A DNA stretch of 64,000 bases from Azolla caroliniana (Eukaryota > Plantae > Polypodiophyta), in NCBI GenBank assembly GCA_043228905.1, contig JBHGNT010000007.1, forward strand, positions 11,656,001 through 11,720,000. The letters run 5' to 3'. A program made the translations under genes and the position numbers. Under the pieces are notes generated by a model. It ran no database searches, was not told the DNA's origin, and saw nothing but the letters and a program-made list of their open reading frames with translations. Shown piece after piece: positions 48,880 to 62,048 of the stretch; position 1 is the stretch's first letter, and each line of letters opens with the position of its first letter.

Positions 48880-51800
48880 GAACCGAAATGTCGTTCCTCT
48901 ATTCGCGACTCTCAATGACATCGACAAAGTCGGTTACTCCTTGTCTTCGACTATCAACTCTTGCTCAGCCAAACAGTCGGCTCCTTCCACAAGAGGGACA
49001 TATACCTAACAAACTCCCCCTCACTCTTGTGGGTGGAGTCAGTTAGTCCTGTCCTTTGTCGACAAACCCTAAGTCTCTCCATCGGTAGGTTCTTTGTCAG
49101 CATGTCCGATCCATTGTCGTTAGTATGGATCTTCACAAGGGTGAACTCTCATTCCTCCACTTTCTCCTGCAACTAGTGATACCTCCTTTGTATATGTTTG
49201 GTCCAACAGTGGTATGCAACATTCTTGGCTAGATGTATGGAGCTCTAGTTGTCACAATGAAGGAAGAAATCCCTTTGCCTCATCCCCAATCACTACGGAA
49301 GTTTCTCATCCAAATCAGCTCTTTGTCGGCCTCTACCGCTACCATATACTCTGCCTTTGTGGTCGACAAGGCCACAGATTTCTGTAGTTGTGCCTGCCAC
49401 GACACTGCTCCCCTTGCATAGCTCATTACGTACCCTGAAGTGGATATACTTGAGTTTGTGTCCCCTGACATGTCTGAGTTAGTAAACCCTTCGACCATGG
49501 GTTTTTCGACACCATCCCTAAGGCATACCCTCAAGGTGATTTTTAAGTACCTGAGTATCCATTTAACCATTGCCCAGTGCTCTCATCCTAGATTACTCAT
49601 ATATCGGATTACTGCCCCCACAACAAATGCTATGTCTGGCCTCGTACAGACCATAGCATACATTAAACTGCCAACAACCGAGGCATATGGCACTTTCCTC
49701 ATTTAAGCCTTTTCTTTCTCGTTCTTTGGGCATTGCTTTGCATTCAGCTTGCAGTTGGCCGGCATCAGTGAGCCAACTGGCTTTTCTTTTGACATGTTGA
49801 ATCTCTCCAAGATCTTTGTCACATATTTCTCTTGTGATAGCCACAACACTTTCTTAGTTCTATCTCAAACTATGTGCATCCCGAGATGTGTTTAATCGGT
49901 CCAAGATATTTCATGGCAAACGACTTGCCTAATGTTGCAGGTTCTCTTTACCTTTCTCCTCAAAGCCTTTGGGCTGCTACATGTAGATCTCTTCATCCAG
50001 CTCGCCTTGCAGGAATGTTGTCTTGAAATCTAACTATTCGACCTCCAAGTCCATACTAGCAGCTATGCTTAGAACAGTTCGAATTGATGTCATCTTCACA
50101 ACTGGTGTGAATATTTCGTCAAAGTCAACACCCTTTTTCTATTGGAACCCCTTTACCACAATACGGGCTTTATATCTGGGTGACTATTAACTTCTCCAAT
50201 CTTCACCTTGTAGACCCATTTACTCTTGAGTGCTCTCTTACCTTTCAGTAACTCTACTAGGTTGTAGCTGTAATTTTCGTGCAAGGAGTCCATCTCGTCT
50301 TGCATTGCACTTCGCCATTTCTCCTTGTGCTCATTAGCTCTTGCCTCTTCATAGCATTCTGGTTCACCTTCATCGGTCAAGAGGATGTATTGAATGGCAT
50401 ATGTAGTCGGTGCTCGTCTTTCTCTGAGTGGGTATCTCCTTCCACTCGTTGTCGGCTCTAGTCTAGATGTCTCTGCAGACTTGACTCTTCGTTCGGGTTC
50501 ATATGTGTTGATCAGTCATTGAGGGTTAGCTGACTCCAACTCATATTCCTCAATAGACTTCAACAGGTATGTTGATTCATCTATATTGGTCGGTTTCTCC
50601 GAGTCGATTGACTCGGATTCGGCTATGCCGACTGGCTATCTCTGAACAGCCGACTGTGTTGGTTCACTTGGCCTTAGGTAAGTAGTACTGGGAGTAGACT
50701 GGGAGGTCGATTCTAACTTCTGTTGCTTCCAGTCCTCAATTGTCTTGTCTTCCAAGAAGACTACGTCTCGACTCCTCACTACTTTCTTATCGACTAGGTC
50801 TCACAGCCTGTAGCCGAACTCGTCCTCCGAGTATCCCTTGAATATGCATGGTTTCGACTTGCTGTCGAGCTTTGAACTCTGATCCTTAGCCACATGCATA
50901 TACACTAGATATTTGAACACCCTCAGGTGTCGGTAGGAGACATCCTTTCCTGCCCACACTCTTTGTGCGACATCACCTTTCAATGGTACTGAGGGAGACC
51001 TATTGATAAGATAAACAACTATATACATTGCCTCAGCCGAATATGATTTCGGAAGCTTAGCATGTGATAGCATGCTTCTCACTCTCTCCATAATCATTTG
51101 ATTCATCCTCTCTGCAAGCCCGTTCAACTTAGGGGTCTTTGGTACTGTGTATTCGATTCGAATACCTTGGGCCTTGTAGTATTCCTCGAACTTCCCTTTA
51201 TATTCGCCACCTTTATTGGATCAGATAGCCTTCAACTTCCGACTTGACTCTCTTTTGGCCCTTGCTTGGAACTCCTTAAAGAATGACAATACTTGATCTT
51301 TCAACTTTAGTACGTAAACCCACAACATTTGACAATAGTCATGAATGAAAGTCACAATGTATTATCCACCTTGATGCGATGGAGCATCTACATTGCACAC
51401 ATCTGTGTGTACTAGTTCCAGTGCAACTTCTCTTCTTCTTGGTGGTCTGGTGTGGAATGCGGCTCTGTTCTACTTTCCAACTAAGCAGTCGACACACTTC
51501 TCCAAGTGCAGTCCTTTCACTTTGGGAGAAGTTCCTGGTCGGCTAGCCGATGCATTCCCTTCTCACTCATGTGGCCTATTCTCTTATGCCATAACTCTCC
51601 ACTCGAGTCGGCTGCCACATTCATTTCTGACTTGCACAGTCAAGCATCCATCATATACAATGTGCCCTCTTTCTGTGCTTGAGCCACTATGAGGTTTCCT
51701 CGGCAAAACTTCCACTTTCTATTCTGGAAGCTACTAGTGTAGCCTTTGTCATCTAACCTTCCAATCAATATCAGATTCAATCTGATATTGGGGACATGTC

Positions 51801-54436
51801 GAACTTCCTTCAACATTAATCGACAACTAGTTGACATCGTAAGGCATACACTTCTTATGCTAGCTATCTTGGATTCCCCATTATCTCCCATCTTTACATA
51901 GCCATGATCACTCTCGATGTAGTTATATGGAAAGTTGCACCTAAGTCAATTACCCAGGTACTCTCTTCACTTGCAAGATATGTGCTTGCTTGCTCACAAA
52001 TGAACAAGATCTCTTTTGCACTTCTAGCTATGACCGATGTGCCCTTTTCATTAGGAATATTCCTAGGTTCGACATCATTACCGACACCTTTAATCTTCCT
52101 CGTGTGTCGGCAGTCCTTTTGAAAGTGTCCAAGATTTCCCCAATACAAACATGTTAACTTCCCTCTGAACTTGGACTTGGCTTGATACTTTTCTCTTCTT
52201 GGTGGACTTCTTTGTCGATTTCTTCCTCTGCCAGTATGTTGAGTCAAGTTTGACTCCGATTGAGACAGGACACCCTTGTCCTTTCTTCTTGTCTCCTCAT
52301 TCAAGATGCTTGTCCTTACCACTTATAGAGGCAAGTTCTCTTCTTGACACGAGGTGTTGAGAGTCATCACTAGATTCTCCCAGCTCTCCGGCAGGGTGCA
52401 CAATAGAAGGATGGCATGCATTGCATCCTGAAGGGGAAACTTGGTCGCAACAAGTTGGTTCACATACCCCATGAATGTGCTTACATATTTCACTATGCTT
52501 TCTCCGTCCCTGTATCCTCACAATATTTTTCATCAGAGATGTTTTGTTGAGGGCGTTGTCGTGGCATGGCTCACCTAGAAGTGTAGCATTGTGTAGACAG
52601 AAGATATCGTGAAAGTGAGGAAGGAATCGTTGGAATTTGGACAGAAGAGACGAATGAGTAGAAATAGATAAATTGTGATCAACAAGATATGACAAGATAG
52701 GATATAGAATGATATTTGAAGCAATAAAAGAGATATATACATATTTGATGAAAGAGTTACAAAATGGTTGCGAGCGTCGTTGAACCGTTGAACTTTGTCT
52801 CACAAGGTAGTCGCTCTTCTCATTCTTGATAGTAGACCACAATCTTCCCTTCTATCTTTCAATAAGGATAATGCTTGAACCTCCGCCTTTTTGTTGCGAG
52901 TTGAGCACCACCACCGCCAAGCTAGTTCTTCTCTTATCTTTTGAAGATTGTATATAGATTTTATCTTCTCTCCCTCTTTCTTTATTATGATATCTCCTAC
53001 AATATAATTTCGCTCGATTCCATACAATAATTCTATTCAATATGATTGATTGATTCCTTGATGTCCTTGTGATTATACTCCCTTCTCCGTTTATAGAAAA
53101 GGGATGGTTTTGCATGTGGGCCATATGTCACACATGCAAAGAGGGCTCTTGCATGTATGTTATATGGTGCACATGTAGTACACTACATGGTTTAGACTAT
53201 ACAATGCTACTTCAAATAAAACAACACATATAATTTAATATATTTTACAAGTATAGAGTAAATGGTAAGGTTTGAGAGTCATAAGGTGGGGTTTATTGGT
53301 TCAAGTCCTCTCTCATCCATGTAATATAACATATGTATATTTTTATTTGCCTCTACATATAATGTATAATATTATCATAGTGTGTTGTTAATATTATCTT
53401 TCTATATAAAATATTATCAAGATTTATTTTACTTTAGTTACATATTTATCTTATTGTAGACTTTTAATGTGAAGCTTTCGTACTTCACAACAACGCTCTT
53501 CCTCTCATATAGACCTAGGATCTTCTGCCACATCTCGTAGGCATTTGTGTCGTTCTCTACATGCTGAAGGACACTTACATCGACGCATTGTCTAATGGTG
53601 GCCACCGCCTTTCTGTTAAGAAGTTTCCATTCACACTCTAATACCCCCGTGGGTATTTCTTCTCTGTCGATTGGCTTGTACAAGTCTTTGACTATGAGAA
53701 GGTCTTCCATCTTTATCTTCCAGTCTACATAGTTCTGTGAGTTTAGAACTATCATACCTAGGAAGCCGCTAACACCTCCTTCCATCTTTCACCTACGCTC
53801 TGATACCGGTTTGATAGGATTCGATCCTCAGATTTGTGAGAAAGACCGACTAGGAAATGCATGACAATGCGGAAGACAAAAAAAAAAGCAAATGCTCAGT
53901 ACACAGAGTTTGACGTGGAAAAACCACGGGAATAGAGATTCCTCTATACAACAAAGAGTACAAGATGAGATTAGAATACAATTGTTACACTCTTTCATGG
54001 AGTGTATTAGCCACGTGGGGCTCTTGGCATCTAGCATCACTTGGCTATGGTGACACTCACTCTCTCATCTCTATCGCTCTACACAATGCTTCTTTATGCA
54101 CATTCTAGGTTTTTCCCTAAGTGTATTTATACTTATACACTAATTGGGCTATTTACAAATGTAGCCTCTACTACTTACATTCCTACTATTAAACTAATAG
54201 CAATAACAATTAATGAGTCGATTGGTCAACTAGTCGATTCGACTAACTGACTCTTATGTCGATTGTCCAGTCGGCCCTTCATGTCGACCGCCTTTAAGTT
54301 GAGTCACCCAGTCAACTCTCCATGACATCGACAATCGGCTCTCGGCTCGACCAATCAGCTACTCCTTGTCTTCGACTGTCGGCTCTTGCTCAGACGAAGA
54401 GTTGGCTCCTCCCGCAGAAGAGACATATACCTAACA
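48880..54436 (-). mobile_element. Decayed Tnt1-like Ty1/copia element M; 3' LTR truncated
   Basis: 5' LTR 53812-54436; PBS CGGTATCAGAGC at 53808-53797; gag MEGG..LNSQNYVDWK; WVIDLGA; NGLAERMN; RT/RH remnants; PPT GAGGGGGAG at ~49022-49014; LTR start at 49011. Confidence 0.9.
52557..53492 (-). mobile_element. Probable solo LTR of another family inserted in gag of M
   Basis: TGTCGTG...CACAACA termini; M gag LYERK|NALNKTSL resumes across it; minus-strand TATA CTATAAA at ~53097 and AATAAAG; TSD degenerate. Confidence 0.75.
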
Positions 54437-54654
54437 GTTATGGCTATCACAAGAGAAGTATGTGACAAAGGTGCTCCAGAGATTCGGCATGGACAATGCA
54501 AAACTGGTCGGTTTGATACTCTTGACAAACAACAAGTTATCATCAACACAATGTTTGAAGACGAAATCGAGAAAACTAAGATGACGAAGCTACCATGCGC
54601 CTCAACAGCCAGAAACCTGATGTATGTGATGGTATGTACCAAGCCGGACATTGG
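54437..54654 (+). pseudogene. Isolated copia RT fragment between two LTRs
   Basis: WLSQEKYVTKVLQRFGMDNAK and LMYVMVCTKPDI. Confidence 0.8.
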
Positions 54655-55013
54655 TGTTAGGTATATGTGCTTCCTATGGGAGGATTTGACTGTTCGGTTG
54701 AGTAAGAACCAACAATCGAAGACAAGGGGTAGCGGACAGATGAAGACACGGAGAATCGACTGAGGGAGAGTCGACATGGAGAGTCGACTAGGAGACTTGA
54801 CTATATATATGAGTGACCCAAGTCAAAGACATGACCGACTACTCAGCTCGACTAGATGGTCAACAACAAGGCTGACTAGTCGGGCCAACAAGACATGGAC
54901 ATAGGACTCGGTGGATTAACTACTATTGTTATTACTATAAGAATAGAAATGAGAGTAGTAGGGACTACATTTGTAAATGTCCCATATGATGTATAAGTAT
55001 AAATACATTTGAG

Positions 55014-56165
55014 TTAAGGAAGTTCCATGTACCCTTGTAGGATAATATACTTTCTAATTGTCATAAGTGGATGGGATTATTTTCAAATTTTCAGGTTTTA
55101 CTGGGAGTTCGTGGCCTTAGAGATCATGGTACTTTCTTAAGTTATGATGTTCTACAGGATGGACGATTAGGGATGATTACCCGAAAAGATGAATGTTTGG
55201 CTAAGGCTATATTAAAACCTATTAGAATTCTAGCTAAGGTAGATAAGGGTTGGGTTCTTGACCCTAATCCTAATGATGTTCATCCATGTTGGGAAAAAAC
55301 CATTATGTGAATTGGAATGGGACCTAGGAGAATGGAAGTGGTTGTCTACATCATATTCAGGGGAGGGTGTTAGGCCGATTCCGTTTTTTCAGCATTCCGT
55401 TCGATTGGGAAGGGAGATGATAAGATGTAGGGTACCCCATTGGCTGACAGCAGCAACAAAATGGTTGACTTATAATGTGGATCCTACTCACATGACAACA
55501 TTTTGGACATGGCTATGGGCTATGCAAATTCCAAAGAAGATTTTTCTATTTAGATGGTTGATTGTTAATTATGCGGTTCCTATTAGGGCTTGGATGTATT
55601 GTAAAGAAGTGGATAAGATGTGTGATTTTTGTGGGTTAGAAGTGGAGTCTCTTCATCACCTATTTTGGTCATGTATGGCTGCCAAATTGGTTTGGAAAAT
55701 ATTTTTACGTCTCTTGCATGAGGTTTATGGCTCTAGAATATATAAATGGGGGGCATTTATGTGGGCTGATATTAAGGGTGAGGTATAAGATTATGAAAAA
55801 AGAAAATGTTAACTTTGCATTATATACAAGAGGTCGATATGTTGAGGATGTGTCGCCATATATGCCTATTAATTCAGTCCAAAATGGCATGGTTTGGGAA
55901 ACGATTAGTTCAATAATCATATGAGTTTTGTGGACTAGTAGATGTCGAAGGATATTTCAGCAAATTCAATGAAATGTTGTGGATGTAGTCAAGGATATTT
56001 GGATGACCTTAGTGCATACACTAAAAGGAGAATATGATGCTATCAAAGGTGATCCAGATAAAGTCTGTCGAAAGCAAGAGGTTTTTAAGAAGAGATGGGA
56101 AAAGATGAAGGTATTATGTATGGTTAATGGTGGTATACGTTGGAGGTATCAACCACCACTCTAGG
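55014..56165 (+). pseudogene. LINE ORF2 C-terminus (zf-RVT zinc-binding region)
   Basis: FWTWLW..IPKKIFLFRW..CDFCGLEVESLHHLFWSC..AKLVW. Confidence 0.85.
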
Positions 56166-56289
56166 TATTTCCTCCACCGACATGAGGCATGTGTCAATGT
56201 ATAACTATTATTACTTATGCTTTGGGACATACATATTCTATAGCAGTCCAAGAGTAGTTGAAAGTGACTATGCTGAATTTTGTGACCTA

Positions 56290-56940
56290 TATTTTTACCT
56301 TGAAGGCATGCATAAGCCTAAAAGCTATTAGAAGAGGGTAAGAAATCCATAATGAGATCATTGAAAGGGATCTTGATTCAGATCCGTGTCTTGTGGCTAT
56401 TCTAGTTGATGCATATGCTAAATGTGGTCTTTTTTAAGATGCTACTGCAATCATTGGACTAGTATCAGCTAGAGGCAATGTATCGTGGAATCCGTTTATT
56501 TCTGGTTATATTGAGAGCTTGTAGCATCACTGGATCTTTAGATAAGGCCCGAGAAATACACGATGATATTGTAAAAGCAGGTATTCATATGGTTCATTGT
56601 ATTACCAATAGCTTATTGATGCATGGGAAATTCATACAGATATTGTATGTAAGGGATTTGAGGATGAACATTTTGGTGGATTTGTATGGTAAATGTGGCT
56701 CAATGTTTGAATCACAACATGTTTTCACTACAATATGTAGTCATACTATTGTTTCATGAATTGCCCTAATTTCAGGATATGTGGAACATGGACCTTCAGT
56801 AAAGGCATTAAACTATTTTGAAAAAATGCAAGTTGAAGTGAGAGCTTGTGGCAATTTGAAGTCAAGTATTATTGGACAAAAGATACATATCCAAATCTTA
56901 TTGGCAGGATATGAGAATGATAGGTTTGTTGCTAGTGGAT
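56290..56940 (+). pseudogene. PLS-class pentatricopeptide repeat protein fragment
   Basis: LKAC..EIH, LVDAYAKCG, ILRACSITGSLDKAREIH, LVDLYGKCGSMFESQHVF, ALISGYVEHG..ALNYFEKMQ. Confidence 0.88.
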
Positions 56941-56959
56941 GCTATGAATATAATAGTTA

Positions 56960-57470
56960 TGGCATCAATAAGAGATATGTTATTGCAAGTGTCGGAATCC
57001 TAGTGTTGGGTGCATTTGTAGTGGGTTCACAAGATCTGTCTTTCAATTTGCAAGGTTACATGGTGGTTCTGCTATTAAATTTGCAAGGTAAAACAAGTGG
57101 GCTCAACAGTTTTGGTCTACGTGATGTTATGGTATGATTTGTGGACCCATATTGGCACTATGGGCAATTTTAAATGAAGATTTAAAGAGAACCATGAATT
57201 TTCTTCAAGTGTCTGAAACAAGGTTTCAACTTCTTGTGTTGGCTTCATGCATTTTGGCATTCTTCTTGAATTATAGAATCTTTTTGAAGACAACACTTAA
57301 CTCTCCCTTGACTCAAACAATTTGTGGGAATCTGAAGGACTTCTTTACTATGGTATTTGGGAGGGTATGGTTTGGAGATTTATCTTTTTGACTGGTTAAA
57401 TGTTTTAGGTTAGCTTCTTGGTTTCTTTGGAACAAGACTATATGCATTTTGCAAGCTTAAAGGAAAGTGA
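56960..57470 (+). pseudogene. Intronless C-terminal fragment of a nucleotide-sugar transporter (UGNT1/SLC35D-like)
   Basis: GKTSGLNSFGL..ICGPIL..SCILAFFLNY.IFL.TTLNSPLTQTICGNLKD..LYAFCKLKGK*. Confidence 0.85.
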
Positions 57471-57884
57471 ATAATACAAAGGTACTAATTGATGTAGAGG
57501 TGAGGAATGGAAATTTTGGTGAAGAAGAGAAATACAGAGCCATGGATGCATGAATATTCTAGCAACAAAACATACACACAGAAAAGGAGAGCCAGAGAAG
57601 TAATTGTTTTCAAAAAATTGTGAGGAATGGAAAGTTTGGAGGAAAAAAGAAATACACAACCATGGCTATATGCAGATTTTAGAAGCAAAACACACACAGA
57701 AAAAATGAGAGCCTTAGATGCATAAGTAATCGTTTTCAAAAATTGGTTTGTTTATGGGCAAATTTCTCTCTGAGATAGTGATTTTAGCCTTTAAAAGGAA
57801 AGGTCATCAACGTTCTTCTATGTAATGGATAAATCAAATAGAAATCTTCCTATCTCACTTAAGAAAATGATGGTTGCACTCTCA

Positions 57885-57985
57885 ACAAGGCTATGTAGAG
57901 TACGGTGTTCATGACGAGGCACTAAAATGTTTTGATCGAATCAAGCAAGAAGGTAAGTTGCCAAATGATATCACTTATCTTTGGT
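57885..57985 (+). pseudogene. Second short PPR fragment
   Basis: GYVEYGVHDEALKCFDRIKQEGKLPNDITY. Confidence 0.7.
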
Positions 57986-59204
57986 CCGTTCTCGGATGAT
58001 CTATAATTGTTGAGATGGTATAGATTATATTTTATTTGTACAATGCCCCTGACCACTTTAATTTTAATACCAATGGAGGATATTTAAAAAAAAACGTATA
58101 AATACACTTAAGGCAAAACAGAACATGTAGTGTAGAACATACTTGTGTGTTGTGAGGAGAGTGCATGTGTGGAGAGAGTAGCGGTAGAGTTTAGCAAACC
58201 TACCAAGAACCCTAAGTGGTTATCCTCTAAGTATCAAAGATGAGTTGTAACCATTCCTTGTATTCTCTACTTGTATAGTGGATTTCTGTTCCCGTTTAGG
58301 GTTTTCCACGTAAAACCTATGTATTGTGTGTATTTTGTATCTTGTTGTTTTCTGTGTTCCTCGTTTGCATTTCGAGTCAGTTTTCCTCACAAATCTACGA
58401 TCCCATCCCAATAAACCGGTATTAGAGCTACAAGTGATAATATGGAAGGAGTTGTGAGCGGTTTCCCAGGAATGATGGTCCTGAACTCTCAAAACTATGT
58501 AGACTAGAAGATTAAGATGGAAGATCTCCTGAAAGTCAAAAACTTGCACGAGTCCATCGATAGAGCAGAAATACCCACAGGGGTATTAGAATCTGAATGG
58601 TAACTTCTAAACAAAAAGGCAATGGCCACCATCAAAAAGTGTGTGGGTAAAAGCATGCGAGTGGAAACACTATTATAGCTAATTAGCTGCTAAAATGGCC
58701 ATAGCTATTTAGTTATTTGTTAAGCTAGTTTTTTGTGGGCAAATCATAAGGATCATTTACGAAATTCTATGCTTTATTAGTTAAATACATGTCACTTAAT
58801 TTATCATAATACTCAAAATTTTGAACTTTGGTTTCTGACGTAGTGGAAGTTTATGAACAATGCCCTCATCTAAACTCGACTTGAATGTCACAAAATTCTT
58901 GTTTAGGGTGAGTTTGAGTTTGAAATCCAAAAAGATGGAGTACTCTAAGCACGAATGCAAACGAAGCTCCCACAGCAACACAAAAACTCTGATATCGACA
59001 TTGCACCTTCAGAGCTACAACACACCACCAGTTCGATCCTCGTCTAGGTATGTATTAATTACACATTAAAAAAAAAAATTGTTTCCTTTCTGATAACTGT
59101 AACTTTGTTGCCTATTCATCGTTTATAAAAAATGATTAGGGTGAAGTTTTTGGAGTCCCAAACAAGGATGTCTCGAAGATCGGGGTGTAGCAACAAGTGT
59201 GTTT

Positions 59205-59635
59205 CTGATTGGCAGAGATTCTGATTCGGGTTGATTTCATAAATATTTCAGATTAGGGTTTCTAATTTCCTTAAGCAGTTGATTTCTGATTAGGGTTTCT
59301 TATTAAGGTTTATTATTTAGGTTTCTAATTAGGGTTTGTGATTTTTTCAGTGGTTGATTTCTAATTATTGTCGAAAATTTCAGATTTACTGTTGGAATTT
59401 TGCACCAATTCACATTTCTGTTTTTTCTATTCTTCCCTACCATTTATGATTAGGGTTGATTTCCTACATATTTTAGATTAGAGTTTCTGATTTCTGTAAG
59501 CGGTTGATTTCTGATTAAGGTTTTTCATTAAGGTTTTTGAATAGGGTTTTTGATTTTTTAAGCGGTTGATTTCGGATTATTGTTGAAAATTTTAGATTTA
59601 GTGTTGGAATTTTGCACCAATTCACATTTCTAATT
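59205..59635. repeat. Degenerate GATTTCTGATTAGGGTTT repeats within a ~210-225-bp tandem duplication
   Basis: GTTGGAATTTTGCACCAATTCACATTTCT ends at 59419 and 59630; multiple TTAGGGTTT motifs. Confidence 0.8.
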
Positions 59636-59789
59636 TCAATGGTTGTGTCTACAAACTTCCCCTAAACTTGATTTAGGATTTGAGTGATTGTGGTTGATTT
59701 GTTATTTTTGTTTCTTCCCTACCAATTATGGTTCTAAATACACGTGTCCTAGTAGAGCAGAGGTAACATGCATTAATTTTTTATTTCAG

Positions 59790-60929
59790 GTGGCTCGTTC
59801 CTCCATATCCTAGAGTACTGAACTTTGCAAAGTTTTGCGAGACAAAGGAGCACTTTAACAACATATATGGTCTATCACTAGAGGGTATTGATCCTACTGT
59901 TCTAACATATAAATTGATTAGTGATGTAGACTGGTTGTCAGTCTATAAAGTGCCCAGAGTGAAAGGCAAGGTGAAGCTCAAGCATGTACGACCAGAGCTG
60001 TATGACGACTGCATGAGGCTCCACCAGAATGTATATCAAGAGATCCCGGTCAACAACGAGTTGTTTGTTGCATTCGCCAGAGCTTTTGAATACAAGTATT
60101 GCAAAACAATGAAGGTAGCAACGGACCTTGAAATGTACAGGGTAGCTTGGGCTATTTATGGTGAGGCATTGGTAGAACGATGCCAGAAGATGGGGAGCTT
60201 GCAACAAAAAATGGCAAGATTTTGGATCATGGCAGTTGATGATGGAACTGTCGACTCCCAACAAACCCACAAGTTTACACCACACCGAAACGCAATGAAA
60301 GCCAATGTTGATGATCCAGGCAATACATTAATTAGCTATATGCTAAAAAATGTCCATGAAGCCTATGAGACATTAGAGGCAACAAAGATTGATTTAGAGA
60401 AAGCAACATTGGCTATTGCGATGGAGAGCAAAGTCACATTGGCAGTGACAACAATCAGAAACAAGATTCAGGTAGCTATTGTTTTGCTAGTATGTAACAT
60501 TTTATAAATAACTTGTACATGAAAATGTGCTTAGTGAGGCATTATCTGGAACAGGTTGCTCAACATGAGCTTGATATTGAGGGGCCGTTGGATCCCCAAC
60601 GGAAAATAGAACTATACACAGAGATCCAAGCTCTTTTCAATGAACCTGGACCTTCTAGGTGTAAATATTGTTGTTGATTACAATTTGGAGAACCTCCAAG
60701 TAAGCTAATGATTCTTGTTTCTTGTTGTTCTATCTTCCTCATTAAGGAATGATAAATCGGTAAATTTCTCAGTTGCATTCTATGAACAATACTCCCGTCA
60801 AGAACAGGTAGTTAGTTGCCTTAAGAAGCAACTACATTTTGTGGAGGGGATGGTAAGGAGCAGACAAGAATTGGACCTCAACATTCTTGTTCCCTAACCA
60901 AACGAAGGAGAACCATGCAACGATATATT
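59790..60929 (+). other. Spliced-looking gene fragment of unknown function, cut by an LTR at 60930
   Basis: Acceptor TTTTATTTCAG at ~59789; ~200-codon ORF; donor CAG/GTAGCT at ~60471; short AT-rich introns; no family recognised. Confidence 0.4.
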
Positions 60930-62048
60930 TGTCGAGAATCGTGACCGGCCACAACCGGCTACTCGTTCGGATGTTCGGGTGCAAGGAACGTAAAATAGAA
61001 TGCACTCAGATAGAGTACGAAAACAGAAATAGCACAAGACACAGGAACACACGATATTAGCGTCGAAACCCGAAATGGGAAAAACCACGGGGGTTCACAA
61101 ACCCCAAGAAATAGAATCACTAAGCTAAAAGGTGGAGTACAACTAGAAGCTCCAAGGCAACGACCTCGAGATTCTACTTCGTCAATAGATAGCTACAAAG
61201 TTACACACGCTCTCACTCTGAATCACTTACTGTTACACAGTTACTGAGGCAACGACCTTCTAAGTAATCTTTTTACCAATGACTCATCATAATAACATTA
61301 TGATTGCCCTAAGTACTTATACTAGTACACCTTTTGGGTTATTTACAAGTGTAGCCCATAAGAGCATATTTAGACTATTTACAAGTATAGTCTTCCGAGT
61401 TGGCTGTCTACACGATTTCGGTTTCTCATCAACTCGGCTCTTCTCTTCCCATCCGGAGGGACTTGTTTCCTAACCAAATCCCCCTTCATTCCGGCATGGG
61501 ATACTACACAAATCCGATCTTACGTCGGCACGCGCTCAGCTTTTCGGTTGGTAACACTTTAGTCAACATATCTGATCCATTTTCGGTCTTGTGGACCTTC
61601 ATTAGAGAGAACTCCCTTTCTTCTACTCTCTCCCGGAGCCAATGATATCTCCGTTGGATGTGCTTTTTCCTCGAGTGGTAGGCAACATTGTTTGCAAGGT
61701 GGAAGGCACTCTGATTATCGCAATGGAGTCGGAATGCTTCCTACCGAATTCCCAACTCACTGATAAACTCCTTCATCCATACGATTTCCTTGCCGGCTTC
61801 CGCTGCGGCCATGTACTCAGCTTCCGTGGTCGAAAACGCCACAACCTTCTGCAACCTCGATTGCGACGACACAGCTCCCCCTGCATACGTCATTACGTAT
61901 ATGGACCTGAATCGGTTGGTATCTGCATCCGCCGACATGTCTGAAACCGTGTAGCCTTCCAATGTGGGGTTACCTGAGCCGAAACGAAAACACACGCTCG
62001 AGGTGCCTCTCAGGTACCAAAATATCCATTTCATGGCAGCCAATGCTC

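Larger units (their letters stand above)
55014..58095 (+). mobile_element. 5'-truncated LINE insertion carrying host-gene sequence, with A-tail and ~17-bp TSD
   Basis: GTATAAATACATTTGAG at 54997 versus GTATAAATACACTTAAG at 58096; A-run at 58086-58094. Confidence 0.78.
54655..58650 (+). mobile_element. Truncated copia N (same family as M): 5' LTR 54655-58413 split by a LINE insertion, PBS, gag start
   Basis: TGTTAGGTATATGT start, as in the M LTR; LTR resumes at 58096; CGGTATTAGAGC at 58417; MEG..LNSQNYVD gag remnant. Confidence 0.85.

Noticed and set aside
48217-48927. Identifiable host gene
   Set aside because: Short ORFs with a possible splice donor but no family I can recognise; left unannotated.
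56290-57470. Functional PPR-transporter fusion gene
   Set aside because: Multiple stops, frameshifts and internal deletions; treated as retroposed pseudogene cargo.
59205-59635. Interstitial telomere array
   Set aside because: TTAGGG motifs are isolated within longer degenerate units, not tandem TTTAGGG.
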